From an uncultured Acidobacteriota bacterium (lineage in GTDB: Bacteria > Acidobacteriota > Terriglobia > Terriglobales > Acidobacteriaceae), in NCBI GenBank assembly GCA_963735815.1, contig CAVTMJ010000011.1, positions 89,406 to 153,405 of the forward strand: a DNA stretch of 64,000 nucleotides, in the 5' to 3' direction. The position numbers and the translations under genes are program-made. Shown piece after piece: positions 35,489-43,897 of the stretch. Below the pieces are notes generated by a model. The model had not been told where the DNA came from and ran no database searches. It worked only from the letters and a program-made list of their open reading frames with translations. Within the stretch, counting starts at the first letter, position 1. Each line of letters opens with the position of its first letter.

Positions 35489-35570
35489 TTAACCACAGAG
35501 GAACAAAGAATCACAGAGGTGCTAGAAACCCTCTGTGCCTCTGTGCTCTCTGTGGTTAAGTTCTTTTGTT
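35489..35570. repeat. nested palindromic REP-like element (CACAGAGG / CCTCTGTG family); likely also the ilvA terminator
   Basis: The outer arms are TTAACCACAGAG (35489-35500) and CTCTGTGGTTAA (35548-35559). The inner arms are TCACAGAGG (35511-35519) and CCTCTGTG (35530-35537). It lies directly downstream of the ilvA stop. Confidence 0.55.
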
Positions 35571-35593
35571 CTCCTGCACCCAGGACCCCGAGC

Positions 35594-36814
35594 CTATAGG
35601 ACGCGCTCGTGCCTGTAGCCCGACTCAGCCAGCGCCTCGAGAATGCGCTGAATCTGATCCTTGCCTCGGGTCTCGAGCGTCACGTCAATCAGGGTATCGC
35701 CCAGGCTGACGCCGTAGTACGCCCGATCAAATTGCAGTTCGACGATGTTGGCATGGTGGGCCGCGATGATTTTCGTAAGCTGGTGCAGCGAGCCGGGACG
35801 ATCCGATAAATGAATCTGCAAACGCACCAGCCTTGCATCTTTCACAAGGCCACGCTGGATAATTCGTGACAGCAGCGTGACATCGATGTTGCCACCACAC
35901 ACCAGGGCGACTGTCTTCTTGTTCCTGAGCTTTGCTTTGCGATGAAGGAGGGCGGCAACGGCGGCCGCGCCCGCACCCTCGGCCAGCATCTTTTCGCGTT
36001 CCAAAAGAGTGAGAATTCCACTCGCAATTTCTTCTTCCTCAACCGCCACCACATCGTCCACGTACTTCTCGATGAGCTGCAAGGTGCGCTCGCCGGAACG
36101 GCGAACGGCGATGCCATCGGCAATGGTGGGATTCGATGCGATCACGGTAGGTTGGTGAGCTTTCAGAGCTTCCAGCATCGAAGGCATCCGCGCGGCCTGC
36201 ACACCGATAATGCGGACCGCAGGCCTCAACTCTTTGATCGCGCAGGCAATTCCGCTGATTAAACCGCCGCCGCCGATCGGGACAACCACTGCCTCCAGAT
36301 CGGGAACCTGTTCCAGCAATTCGAGACCGAGCGTGCCTTGCCCGGAAATCACCGCGGGGTCATCGAACGGATGAATGAAGGTGAGATGCTCAGTCTCAGC
36401 CAAGCCACGGGCGTGCTCATAGGCTTCATCGTAGCCATCACCGTGCAACACGACGTGCGCGCCATAACCCTTCGTGGCATTCACCTTCACGAGCGGCGTC
36501 ATTACCGGCATCACGATCTTCGCGGCGATCCCGTTGCCTTGCGCGTGGAAAGCCACGCCCTGGGCATGATTTCCGGCGCTGGCCGCGATGACGCCGCGTT
36601 CTTTGTCATGCGCGCTGAGCGTCAGAATCTTGTTGAGCGCTCCGCGTTCCTTGAACGATCCTGTCCGCTGGAGATTTTCAAGTTTCAGGTACACGGGCTG
36701 GCCGCTGATCTCGGAAATACTGGGGGACAGCGGGCATGGTGAGAAATAGATGGCCCCAGCGATCCGGCCGCGAGCTTCGCGGATGCTATTCAGGCTTACC
36801 TCAGGTTTGGACAT
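35594..36814 (-). CDS. ilvA: threonine ammonia-lyase (threonine dehydratase) with one C-terminal ACT-like domain
   Basis: The PLP site LQRTGSFKERGALNK, ASAGNHAQGVA and GGGGLISG, followed by a regulatory ACT-like tail. Confidence 0.9.
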   Translation of the reverse strand: MSKPEVSLNSIREARGRIAGAIYFSPCPLSPSISEISGQPVYLKLENLQRTGSFKERGALNKILTLSAHDKERGVIAASAGNHAQGVAFHAQGNGIAAKIVMPVMTPLVKVNATKGYGAHVVLHGDGYDEAYEHARGLAETEHLTFIHPFDDPAVISGQGTLGLELLEQVPDLEAVVVPIGGGGLISGIACAIKELRPAVRIIGVQAARMPSMLEALKAHQPTVIASNPTIADGIAVRRSGERTLQLIEKYVDDVVAVEEEEIASGILTLLEREKMLAEGAGAAAVAALLHRKAKLRNKKTVALVCGGNIDVTLLSRIIQRGLVKDARLVRLQIHLSDRPGSLHQLTKIIAAHHANIVELQFDRAYYGVSLGDTLIDVTLETRGKDQIQRILEALAESGYRHERVL

Positions 36815-37125
36815 GTTGTACCGTTCAATATTGAGATTTGATCACCGCACAGCGACTGGTCAGAAAACTTATCGCAAAAATGCAAACCCACCATCCATTG
36901 CCTCTGGTGGTGGGCGTTCAGAACTTTGAGTAATTGCGTGTCGATCAGCTCATTGTTCCCCAGGCAACCGAGGCGGGCGAATCCATCGGAATGGAAATCC
37001 TAATTCGACGCGCTCGATTGGTGGGCATAGGCAAAAGCTTCCTTGAATAAGGCCATATCGTAGCACATGCACACGGAATGACGGAGCATACGGGAGGGCC
37101 TGCAGTTCGAGGTGGAAGGGCGTCG

Positions 37126-38022
37126 CTATGTCAGGCGCGTCGATACAAACCCGGCGGCCCAGGCAGGCTGCCAGTTCAAAGCGGTCGACGGTTTTGGTGA
37201 TCCTTCTGGCTGTACGACCGTGGGCTGCGGAAATTGGCCGGCCTCTGCCGAGCCCGAACTGTAGTTGATGTAACTGCCGTGTCCAAACTCCCAGGAGTTC
37301 GGAAGAATTGGTGTCTTCGACAGGTTCGCAGGCTGGTCCGGAGGAGTCGGCCCGGTGCGCCCCAATGCGGCATGCCAGTAAGGATCTCCGCGCGTGATGA
37401 TCCCGGAGAGCGGATTGCCCAGCGGGAAAGCCCACTTCAAAACTTCATCGCATTGGGAGGCCAGCACGGAGATCTTGCCAACGCGCGCAGTGGCGTCCCT
37501 GTATTCGTCGGTCAGGCAGTTGTCATCGATGGCAGCCGCCATCAACATGAGTGCGCTTACTGGCATGGAGGATGGCAGTCGTCGAATGGTCTCCAGTACC
37601 ACCCGCGCGCCGAGGCTGTGCGATGCAAACGAGATTCTGGCCGCGCCGGCAAAGTTGGCGCCAAGATAGGCAGCCAGCAGTTGCCCGCTCTTAATCGCCT
37701 CGTTCCCTTCGACCGGATAATCGAGAAAAGGGACCCATCGCGAATCGCCGGGCCACAACACTCCGATGAACAGGCCATTTGGTCCATGCTGCACCCACTT
37801 CGCCCAGTGGGACAGATTGCCGATTCCATCAGCGCGGTTGACATGAAAACCATGGGTCGCAAGCAGCACGTCCCTGCCCTGAATGGACCGCACCATCTCG
37901 GGCGCAAGCGGAGTCGACGGATTTGGATTTTGCTGCGCCTCGGTGCGAACCACAACATCATCGGCGCTGGCGACCGGGTTGCCGCCAACCGAATCCGCGC
38001 GGAGATCGATAAAGTAAGTCAC
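37126..38022 (-). CDS. alpha/beta hydrolase, DUF900-like serine hydrolase (no signal peptide)
   Basis: The ordered motifs are LLATHGFHVN, WPGDS, FASHSLGARV (nucleophile elbow), MAAAIDD and FGHGSY. The GTG start lies 3 nt after the upstream stop. Confidence 0.7.
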   Translation of the reverse strand: MTYFIDLRADSVGGNPVASADDVVVRTEAQQNPNPSTPLAPEMVRSIQGRDVLLATHGFHVNRADGIGNLSHWAKWVQHGPNGLFIGVLWPGDSRWVPFLDYPVEGNEAIKSGQLLAAYLGANFAGAARISFASHSLGARVVLETIRRLPSSMPVSALMLMAAAIDDNCLTDEYRDATARVGKISVLASQCDEVLKWAFPLGNPLSGIITRGDPYWHAALGRTGPTPPDQPANLSKTPILPNSWEFGHGSYINYSSGSAEAGQFPQPTVVQPEGSPKPSTALNWQPAWAAGFVSTRLT

Positions 38023-38025
38023 CGA

Positions 38026-38739
38026 TCACTTGCTCCAGGACTGAGCAGCCTTGGCTCCAGCTTGAATCGCGCTCGACAGGTCCTTCGCGATCGGCGCCAG
38101 CGGAGTCGCTAAGAGTCCGGCGAGAACCGACCTCACGACTTCGCTGCCATTCGAGAAGAAGGCGTTGCCGACAACGATCCGTCCTCCAAGAATCGCAAGA
38201 AACATGGCAATGAAAACTGCCAGCAACTTGGCGCTATTCCGATAACGTTGGTCGGCCCGTTGATACCCCTGATCGAGCAACGCGCTCAGCAGAAGATCAA
38301 AACGGCCGTACACGTCTGTTTCCTGCGGTGAAAGCGCCGTGGAAGAACCCATTTTCGTTGCGATGCCCGCAAGCACATCCTTGTCGACTCCTGTGGCCGC
38401 CGCCATGTGGTTCGCGTTGCCCGGCGTCAGGTTCAACTTGATCAAGGCCTTGGCAACCGACTTTTGGTCGCCGAGCAACATCCCATTCAGCCAATTCGCG
38501 CGCAGCGTCCGCAAGGCCGATGCAAGGTTGAGAGCGGCATCTGGGGAAATATTCACGGAGTTAGGGGGGATCAACTTTGAGATGACACCCTTGATGTCTC
38601 CAAATCCGCGATTTGATATGCCTCCTCCAAAGCCTTTGGTGGCATCGACCACTCCATAGGCCGCGGTCCCAAGACTGCCGATGGCCAAGACAACTTTAGG
38701 AAGATCCAGATTCGATTGCGAAGTGGCAATTTCGAACAC
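38026..38739 (-). CDS. hypothetical membrane protein of unknown family (partner of the DUF900-like hydrolase)
   Basis: 237-aa ORF with hydrophobic helices LPKVVLAIGSLGTAAYGVV, LLAVFIAMFLAILGGRIVV and VLAGLLATPLAPIA. It is translationally coupled to the downstream gene. Confidence 0.6.
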   Translation of the reverse strand: MFEIATSQSNLDLPKVVLAIGSLGTAAYGVVDATKGFGGGISNRGFGDIKGVISKLIPPNSVNISPDAALNLASALRTLRANWLNGMLLGDQKSVAKALIKLNLTPGNANHMAAATGVDKDVLAGIATKMGSSTALSPQETDVYGRFDLLLSALLDQGYQRADQRYRNSAKLLAVFIAMFLAILGGRIVVGNAFFSNGSEVVRSVLAGLLATPLAPIAKDLSSAIQAGAKAAQSWSK

Positions 38740-39048
38740 GCTTCACCTCTCTAACATTGGTTGAGCCCTTGCGGAAATTCCCACACTGTTGCGAGGGTTT
38801 GCTCCGAAGGATTTGTCACTCCGATAGTGCGAGTTTCAAGCTTCTCGAATCATAAGCACTCGGAAGAACCGAAATTCTCTGTCCGAAACGACCTCCCAAA
38901 CCCCCAATGGCTTTCCTTCGACGACGGTTGGCTTCGCTACCATGGAATTTTCTTTTTATTAACATCTTTTGAGATACACAGTTTGCTTTCTTTTTCTTTC
39001 TATTTGTGGTGTAATCTTTCGGGTTCCGCGCGTGCTTGAGGGGGGACT

Positions 39049-42000
39049 ATGAACGTGCCACGGATTTCGCTGTGTCTGCTTGTTTGTCTGGTGGCCTTTT
39101 CGTCCGCATTTGCCCAGGTCGACACCGGCACCATCGCCGGCAGTGTTCATGACAGCCAGGGGGCCGGCGTACCGTCCGCCTCCGTGACGTTTGTGGAGAC
39201 GTCCACCAACGCAAGTATGAAAACCAAGACGGATGGTTCGGGCGACTTCGCATCGCCTCCTTTGCGGCCGGGCAGTTACAAGGTGACCGCGGAAGCTCCC
39301 GGATTCAAAACCCAGACCCGGGGCACGCTCGTCGTCCGTGTCCAAGATAGGCTGCGCCTCGATTTCGAAATGGCAGTCGGGTCAGTGTCGGAGAACGTCG
39401 TGGTGACGGCAGAAACTCCCACCATACAGACCGACACTTCCTCTCTGGGAGAAGTAGTTTCCACCAAAGAGATGACACAATTGCCTCTGAATGGACGCGA
39501 CTACATTCAGTTGGCAACACTGACTACGGGGGTGGTCCGCACCAGTTCCGGTACCAACGGGAATACGGGTGGAAGCAGCACGGGTGGGCAAAACAGTTTT
39601 GTCGCTAACGGCACGCGCGGAACGCTGAACAATTTTCTGCTGGATGGTTTGGATAACAATTCCAACGACAACGGCGGCGTGGTTCTCCGCACCAACGTCG
39701 ATGCAATTCAGGAATTCAAGCTACAGACCAATACCTACTCGGCCGAGTTCGGCCGTAGCGCAGGTGCTGTCGTCAATGCCATCACAAAGTCGGGGACGAA
39801 TCAGTATCACGGCAACGTTTTCGAATTCTTCCGGAATTCCGCACTGGACGCGCGCGACTACTTTGAGGATCCAGCCACGAAGAAAGCTTCATTCAAACAG
39901 AATCAGTTCGGCGGGACGCTGGGTGGCCCGATCGTGAAAGACAAGCTGTTCTGGTTTGGCGACTATCAAGGTACGAGTATCCGGAGGCCCCTCACTTGGG
40001 TATCTGTCGTTCCTACTCCGGAGGAACGGGTCGGAAACTTTTCGGCGGCGGGGGAGCCCGTTATTTACGATCCGACCACCGGAATGCCATTCGCCGGGAA
40101 CATCATTCCGACGCCCCGCATTGACCTTATCAGCCAGGCCTTCATGAACCTCTACCCCGATCCAAATCAAACGGCGGGTTCGGGTGGCAACTTCATCATT
40201 TCCCCCATCGAGCAAGATCGGATCGACCAGGGAGATGGCCGGCTGGACTACAACCCATCGCAACGGGACCAATTTTTCGTGCGCTATTCCATGAGTGGAA
40301 GGACCGATGTTCGCCCCGCACCTCTCCCGGGAATGGCGAATGGTGGCGACTCGAGTACTGGCAATGGATTTGAAGATACTAAGGGCGCATCGCTGGGCTA
40401 TACCCGTTCGTTTACGCCGAGGACTGTGAATGAAGTTCGCGTCGGCTTCAACTACGTGCACGTCCGGCGCGGCGTGCCCGCAGGCGGCAATGTGTTACCC
40501 CCACCCGAACTTCGGGTGCCAGGCGTGCCCGATGATGCTCGTGTCAACGGCTTAACCCTGTTTGCGCCCCGGGGATTCCGCCGCGTAGGAGATCCCAGGT
40601 TCGCCCCCACCATTCTGGCCAGCCAGGAACGCCAGATCAACGATGTACTCACTCTGGTCCGAGGTGCGCACACCATCAAGCTGGGCGGTGAAATTCGCTG
40701 GAGCCAGTTCAACATCTCGCAGGAGGCCTCGCCGCGAGGAGGATTCAACTTCAGCGGTCAGTTCACCCGAAATGGGCAGGGAACAGGCAGCAGCCTCGCC
40801 GACATGCTGTTAGGTTTGCCGATATCGGCCGGGATTTCCACGGTGATTGAGATGGGCAATCGGCAGCACGTTCCCGCATTGTTCGCGCAGGACGACTGGA
40901 AGGTAACTCGGCGCCTCACGCTGAATCTGGGCCTTCGGTATGACTACTTCTCACCCATCGTTGAAGTCAATAACCGGCAGAGCAATTTCAACTATGCGAC
41001 GGGAACCCTGATCCAAGCTGCCCAGAATGGCGCATCCCGCGCGCTCGTCAATGCCGACAAGGCAAACTTTTCTCCGCGCATCGGATTCGCCTTCACTCCG
41101 GGAGGCAATTCCGACACCGTGATTCGCGGCGCGTACGGCATCTTCTTCAGCGGTCAGGAAATTCGTACGGCGGCACCGCTCCAATTGGCTTATAACTTGC
41201 CCTTCTTCTACGAACCGAGCTTCGTCAGTGACGGCGTAACGCCAGTGATCACCGTCTCGCAAGGGTTCCCTACCCTGGATCCGAGTCTAGCGGTGAACCC
41301 GGGCGTTACCAGTGTCGACCCCAATCTCCACACCCCGTACTACCAGAGTTGGAACCTCGCGGTGCAGCGCGCGTTGCCGGGAGCGATCAGCATTGAAGTC
41401 GCCTACGCCGGATCGAAAGGTACCCACCTGCAAGCCGTCACCGATCGGAATCAGGTTCCCGTGCCGGGTCCGGGCGATATCCAGCCCCGCCGCCCTTATC
41501 CTTTTTATGGTGGATTCACTTCCATCCAGAATCTGGGCAGTTCGAACTACAACTCGCTGCAGGTAAAAGGCGAGAAGCATCTAAGCCACGGATTGTATTT
41601 CCTGAGTGCCTTCACCTACAGCAAAGCCATCAACGACCTTCCGGAAATCTGCTGCGCGGCCCCCTTCCCGCAGAACAGCTACGATATCCCTGCGGAACGC
41701 GGTCCCGCCGACTTCGATCAGCGGCTTCGCTGGGTATTCAGCTTCGACTACGAAATCCCATTCGGCGGGAGCAAATCAAAGTTCAGCAATCGCGCTGTCG
41801 ACGCCCTGCTGGGTGGATGGCACGTAGGTGGCATCTACACTTTGGCGAGTGGCTTCCCGTTTTCTCCCTTGTTGGGCACGGACCCATCGAACACGGGTAC
41901 CCAAGTCTCGGTGCGTCCCAATCAAATCAGCAATGGCAATCTCCCGCGCGACCGCCGCACCAAAGACATGTGGTTCGATATCAACGCATATCCGATTCCC

Positions 42001-42270
42001 GATGGCACTCAGTACTTCTTCGGTAATGCAGGGCGAAACAGTCTGACCGGACCCGGCTCAAATGTCTTTGACGGCTCGCTGCGCAAAGAGTTCGCCATCA
42101 CCGAGAGGCAACGTCTGGAATTCCGTACAGAGTTCTTCAACGCTTTCAATCATCCGAACTTCGCCCAACCGGACAACTTCGTCGATGACGGACCCGGCGT
42201 GGCGGGCACGATTACGTCGATAGCCACACCCATGCGCCAGATTCAATTTGGATTGAAATACTCGTTTTGA
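39049..42270 (+). CDS. TonB-dependent receptor with an N-terminal carboxypeptidase-regulatory-like domain
   Basis: A signal peptide, then QVDTGTIAGSVHDSQGAGVPSASVTFVETSTNASMKTKTDGSGDFASPPLRPGSYKV (CarboxypepD_reg), a plug region and a C-terminal beta-barrel ending QIQFGLKYSF. Confidence 0.88.
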   Translation: MNVPRISLCLLVCLVAFSSAFAQVDTGTIAGSVHDSQGAGVPSASVTFVETSTNASMKTKTDGSGDFASPPLRPGSYKVTAEAPGFKTQTRGTLVVRVQDRLRLDFEMAVGSVSENVVVTAETPTIQTDTSSLGEVVSTKEMTQLPLNGRDYIQLATLTTGVVRTSSGTNGNTGGSSTGGQNSFVANGTRGTLNNFLLDGLDNNSNDNGGVVLRTNVDAIQEFKLQTNTYSAEFGRSAGAVVNAITKSGTNQYHGNVFEFFRNSALDARDYFEDPATKKASFKQNQFGGTLGGPIVKDKLFWFGDYQGTSIRRPLTWVSVVPTPEERVGNFSAAGEPVIYDPTTGMPFAGNIIPTPRIDLISQAFMNLYPDPNQTAGSGGNFIISPIEQDRIDQGDGRLDYNPSQRDQFFVRYSMSGRTDVRPAPLPGMANGGDSSTGNGFEDTKGASLGYTRSFTPRTVNEVRVGFNYVHVRRGVPAGGNVLPPPELRVPGVPDDARVNGLTLFAPRGFRRVGDPRFAPTILASQERQINDVLTLVRGAHTIKLGGEIRWSQFNISQEASPRGGFNFSGQFTRNGQGTGSSLADMLLGLPISAGISTVIEMGNRQHVPALFAQDDWKVTRRLTLNLGLRYDYFSPIVEVNNRQSNFNYATGTLIQAAQNGASRALVNADKANFSPRIGFAFTPGGNSDTVIRGAYGIFFSGQEIRTAAPLQLAYNLPFFYEPSFVSDGVTPVITVSQGFPTLDPSLAVNPGVTSVDPNLHTPYYQSWNLAVQRALPGAISIEVAYAGSKGTHLQAVTDRNQVPVPGPGDIQPRRPYPFYGGFTSIQNLGSSNYNSLQVKGEKHLSHGLYFLSAFTYSKAINDLPEICCAAPFPQNSYDIPAERGPADFDQRLRWVFSFDYEIPFGGSKSKFSNRAVDALLGGWHVGGIYTLASGFPFSPLLGTDPSNTGTQVSVRPNQISNGNLPRDRRTKDMWFDINAYPIPDGTQYFFGNAGRNSLTGPGSNVFDGSLRKEFAITERQRLEFRTEFFNAFNHPNFAQPDNFVDDGPGVAGTITSIATPMRQIQFGLKYSF

Positions 42271-42529
42271 TATTTGCAGGCCTGCGGCATCCGTTGATGG
42301 CGGGGAATGAACGAAGAAGAACCTAAACAACTTCGGCGCCGCCAAACTTTCACGGATGCCTGATGTTGGCGGGGAGTGAAAATTTGAATCAGCGATCCCT
42401 GCCTTCCCACCTTCAAGGCGGGGTCGCCCTCCTTGCCGCCTAACTCATGCGCGTCCCATCGCCTCTTGGCATCCCACCACAAGCCAGCTATGCTCATCAA
42501 ACCCTGACCAAGTTCAACGAGGAGATGTA

Positions 42530-43894
42530 ATGGGTGAACGGGCGCTGACTTCGAAACCTTTGTTCAGAGCGAACCTTTTCGTGATTCTTGTTCTTATGGG
42601 CTTCGGGTTAAGAATCGGATACGGGCTGGTCCGATATCGAAGCACTCTTACCCTTTCGGGAGACGCTTTCATAGATTTTTGGAATCACGACGCCTGGCTT
42701 CACGTCCTGATTGCGAAGGCCATCCTACTGGGCAAGGGCTACGTGGTCTACGATCAGCCCGGCGCAAGGCTGATCCGCTACGCCGGACAGCCCGCCCTTT
42801 TCAAAGCGCCCTTGTACCAGTATTTCCTTGCGGGAGCATTTGCGATTTCAGGGTTCTCATTCAAATTGTTTTTTCCACTGCAATCGCTGATCGGAGGTCT
42901 GACAGCCGGGTTCGTCGGTCTCATCACGCTGCGGATATTCCACAGTTCAAGAGCTGCCTGGTTGGCCGGCATCGGAGCGGCCGCCCATCCGATTCTGGTG
43001 AATTCTGCGTCTCAACCATACAACGAGAATGTGTTCTTTTTCTTCTTCATCGTCGCGATATGGGCCTACCTCGTCTGGTTGGACTCTAGGGCAGTCCGGT
43101 GGGCCCTCCTGTGCGGGGCCTCGATGGGTCTGTGCATGCTGACGCGGGAGAGTGGGCTGGTTCTACTCATCGCGATGGGTGGAGTTCTGCTGATTGCTAC
43201 TCCGCCCAAGCTAAGTACGTGGCTGCGGTTCGCTTTGATTCCAGCAATGACAGTCGCCGTGGTCGCCCCCTGGACGATACACAACTACGTTCGCTTTCGT
43301 GCGTTCGTTCCGGTGGCGAGCATTATGGGGGTTGATTTCACCGAGGGAAATAACGAATGCGTGGCGGCCGAGAGTCTCTTCGTTTCCTACTGGGCGGAAG
43401 GCAAATGTGAGCAGGTTAACCAGCAGGTGCAAAGTCTGCTTTCTAGTCAGTCCTTTGACCCGCGTACTCCTCCTGCCGTTCGCGTCGATCAAGTTTGCAA
43501 ACGGATCGCGCTCCAGTTCGTGAAAAATCATCCCCTGGCGTACGTGAAGCTGGCCTTGCGCCGCCTCTGGACCACACTGCTACCCTATGCCCCCCGGGGA
43601 CAGCAAGGTTGGCACGAGAGAGTGATCTTGTTGCTCTACTGGCTGCTTGTGTTCCCCGCCGGTACTGCCGGTCTGATCATGACACTCAAAACTGGCATCG
43701 AACCCGGTCGGATGCTGCTCGCGTCATTAATCGTTCTGAATCTCGCAACGATTATGGCGGTGCTGTACTGGTCGGATCTCCGCTTCAGAGTAGGCATCGA
43801 CCTCATTCTCGCCTGCTTCGCAGGTTGGGCTTGCGATCAGTTCCTCCGTAGACGCGCAGGACACAACCGCGGAGATGCCGTCTCACAGGTCTAG
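42530..43894 (+). CDS. ArnT/PMT_2-like (GT39/GT83-type) membrane glycosyltransferase
   Basis: A polytopic membrane protein whose N-terminal loop (...GKGYVVYDQPG...PALFKAPLYQYFLAGAF) is typical of the dolichyl/undecaprenyl-phosphate-sugar transferase family. Confidence 0.65.
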   Translation: MGERALTSKPLFRANLFVILVLMGFGLRIGYGLVRYRSTLTLSGDAFIDFWNHDAWLHVLIAKAILLGKGYVVYDQPGARLIRYAGQPALFKAPLYQYFLAGAFAISGFSFKLFFPLQSLIGGLTAGFVGLITLRIFHSSRAAWLAGIGAAAHPILVNSASQPYNENVFFFFFIVAIWAYLVWLDSRAVRWALLCGASMGLCMLTRESGLVLLIAMGGVLLIATPPKLSTWLRFALIPAMTVAVVAPWTIHNYVRFRAFVPVASIMGVDFTEGNNECVAAESLFVSYWAEGKCEQVNQQVQSLLSSQSFDPRTPPAVRVDQVCKRIALQFVKNHPLAYVKLALRRLWTTLLPYAPRGQQGWHERVILLLYWLLVFPAGTAGLIMTLKTGIEPGRMLLASLIVLNLATIMAVLYWSDLRFRVGIDLILACFAGWACDQFLRRRAGHNRGDAVSQV

Positions 43895-43897
43895 TCT

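Noticed and set aside
36950-37435. A 161-aa minus-strand ORF overlapping the 3' end of the hydrolase gene and extending into the spacer.
   Set aside because: It is out of frame with the hydrolase, Arg/Pro-rich, and its unique part (36950-37125) has no coding signal or start context.
37234-38112. A 292-aa plus-strand ORF across the hydrolase/membrane-protein cassette.
   Set aside because: It spans the junction of two coupled minus-strand genes. It is Arg/Gly-rich with no motifs, whereas the minus-strand frames carry a clean alpha/beta-hydrolase motif series.
38740-39048. Possible riboswitch (for example cobalamin) upstream of the TonB-dependent receptor. The leader at 54353-54634 was also checked.
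   Set aside because: I could not find a B12-box-like or other familiar riboswitch core by eye. I saw only AT-rich promoter-like sequence and generic hairpins. A covariance-model (Rfam/Infernal) scan would be needed to exclude one.
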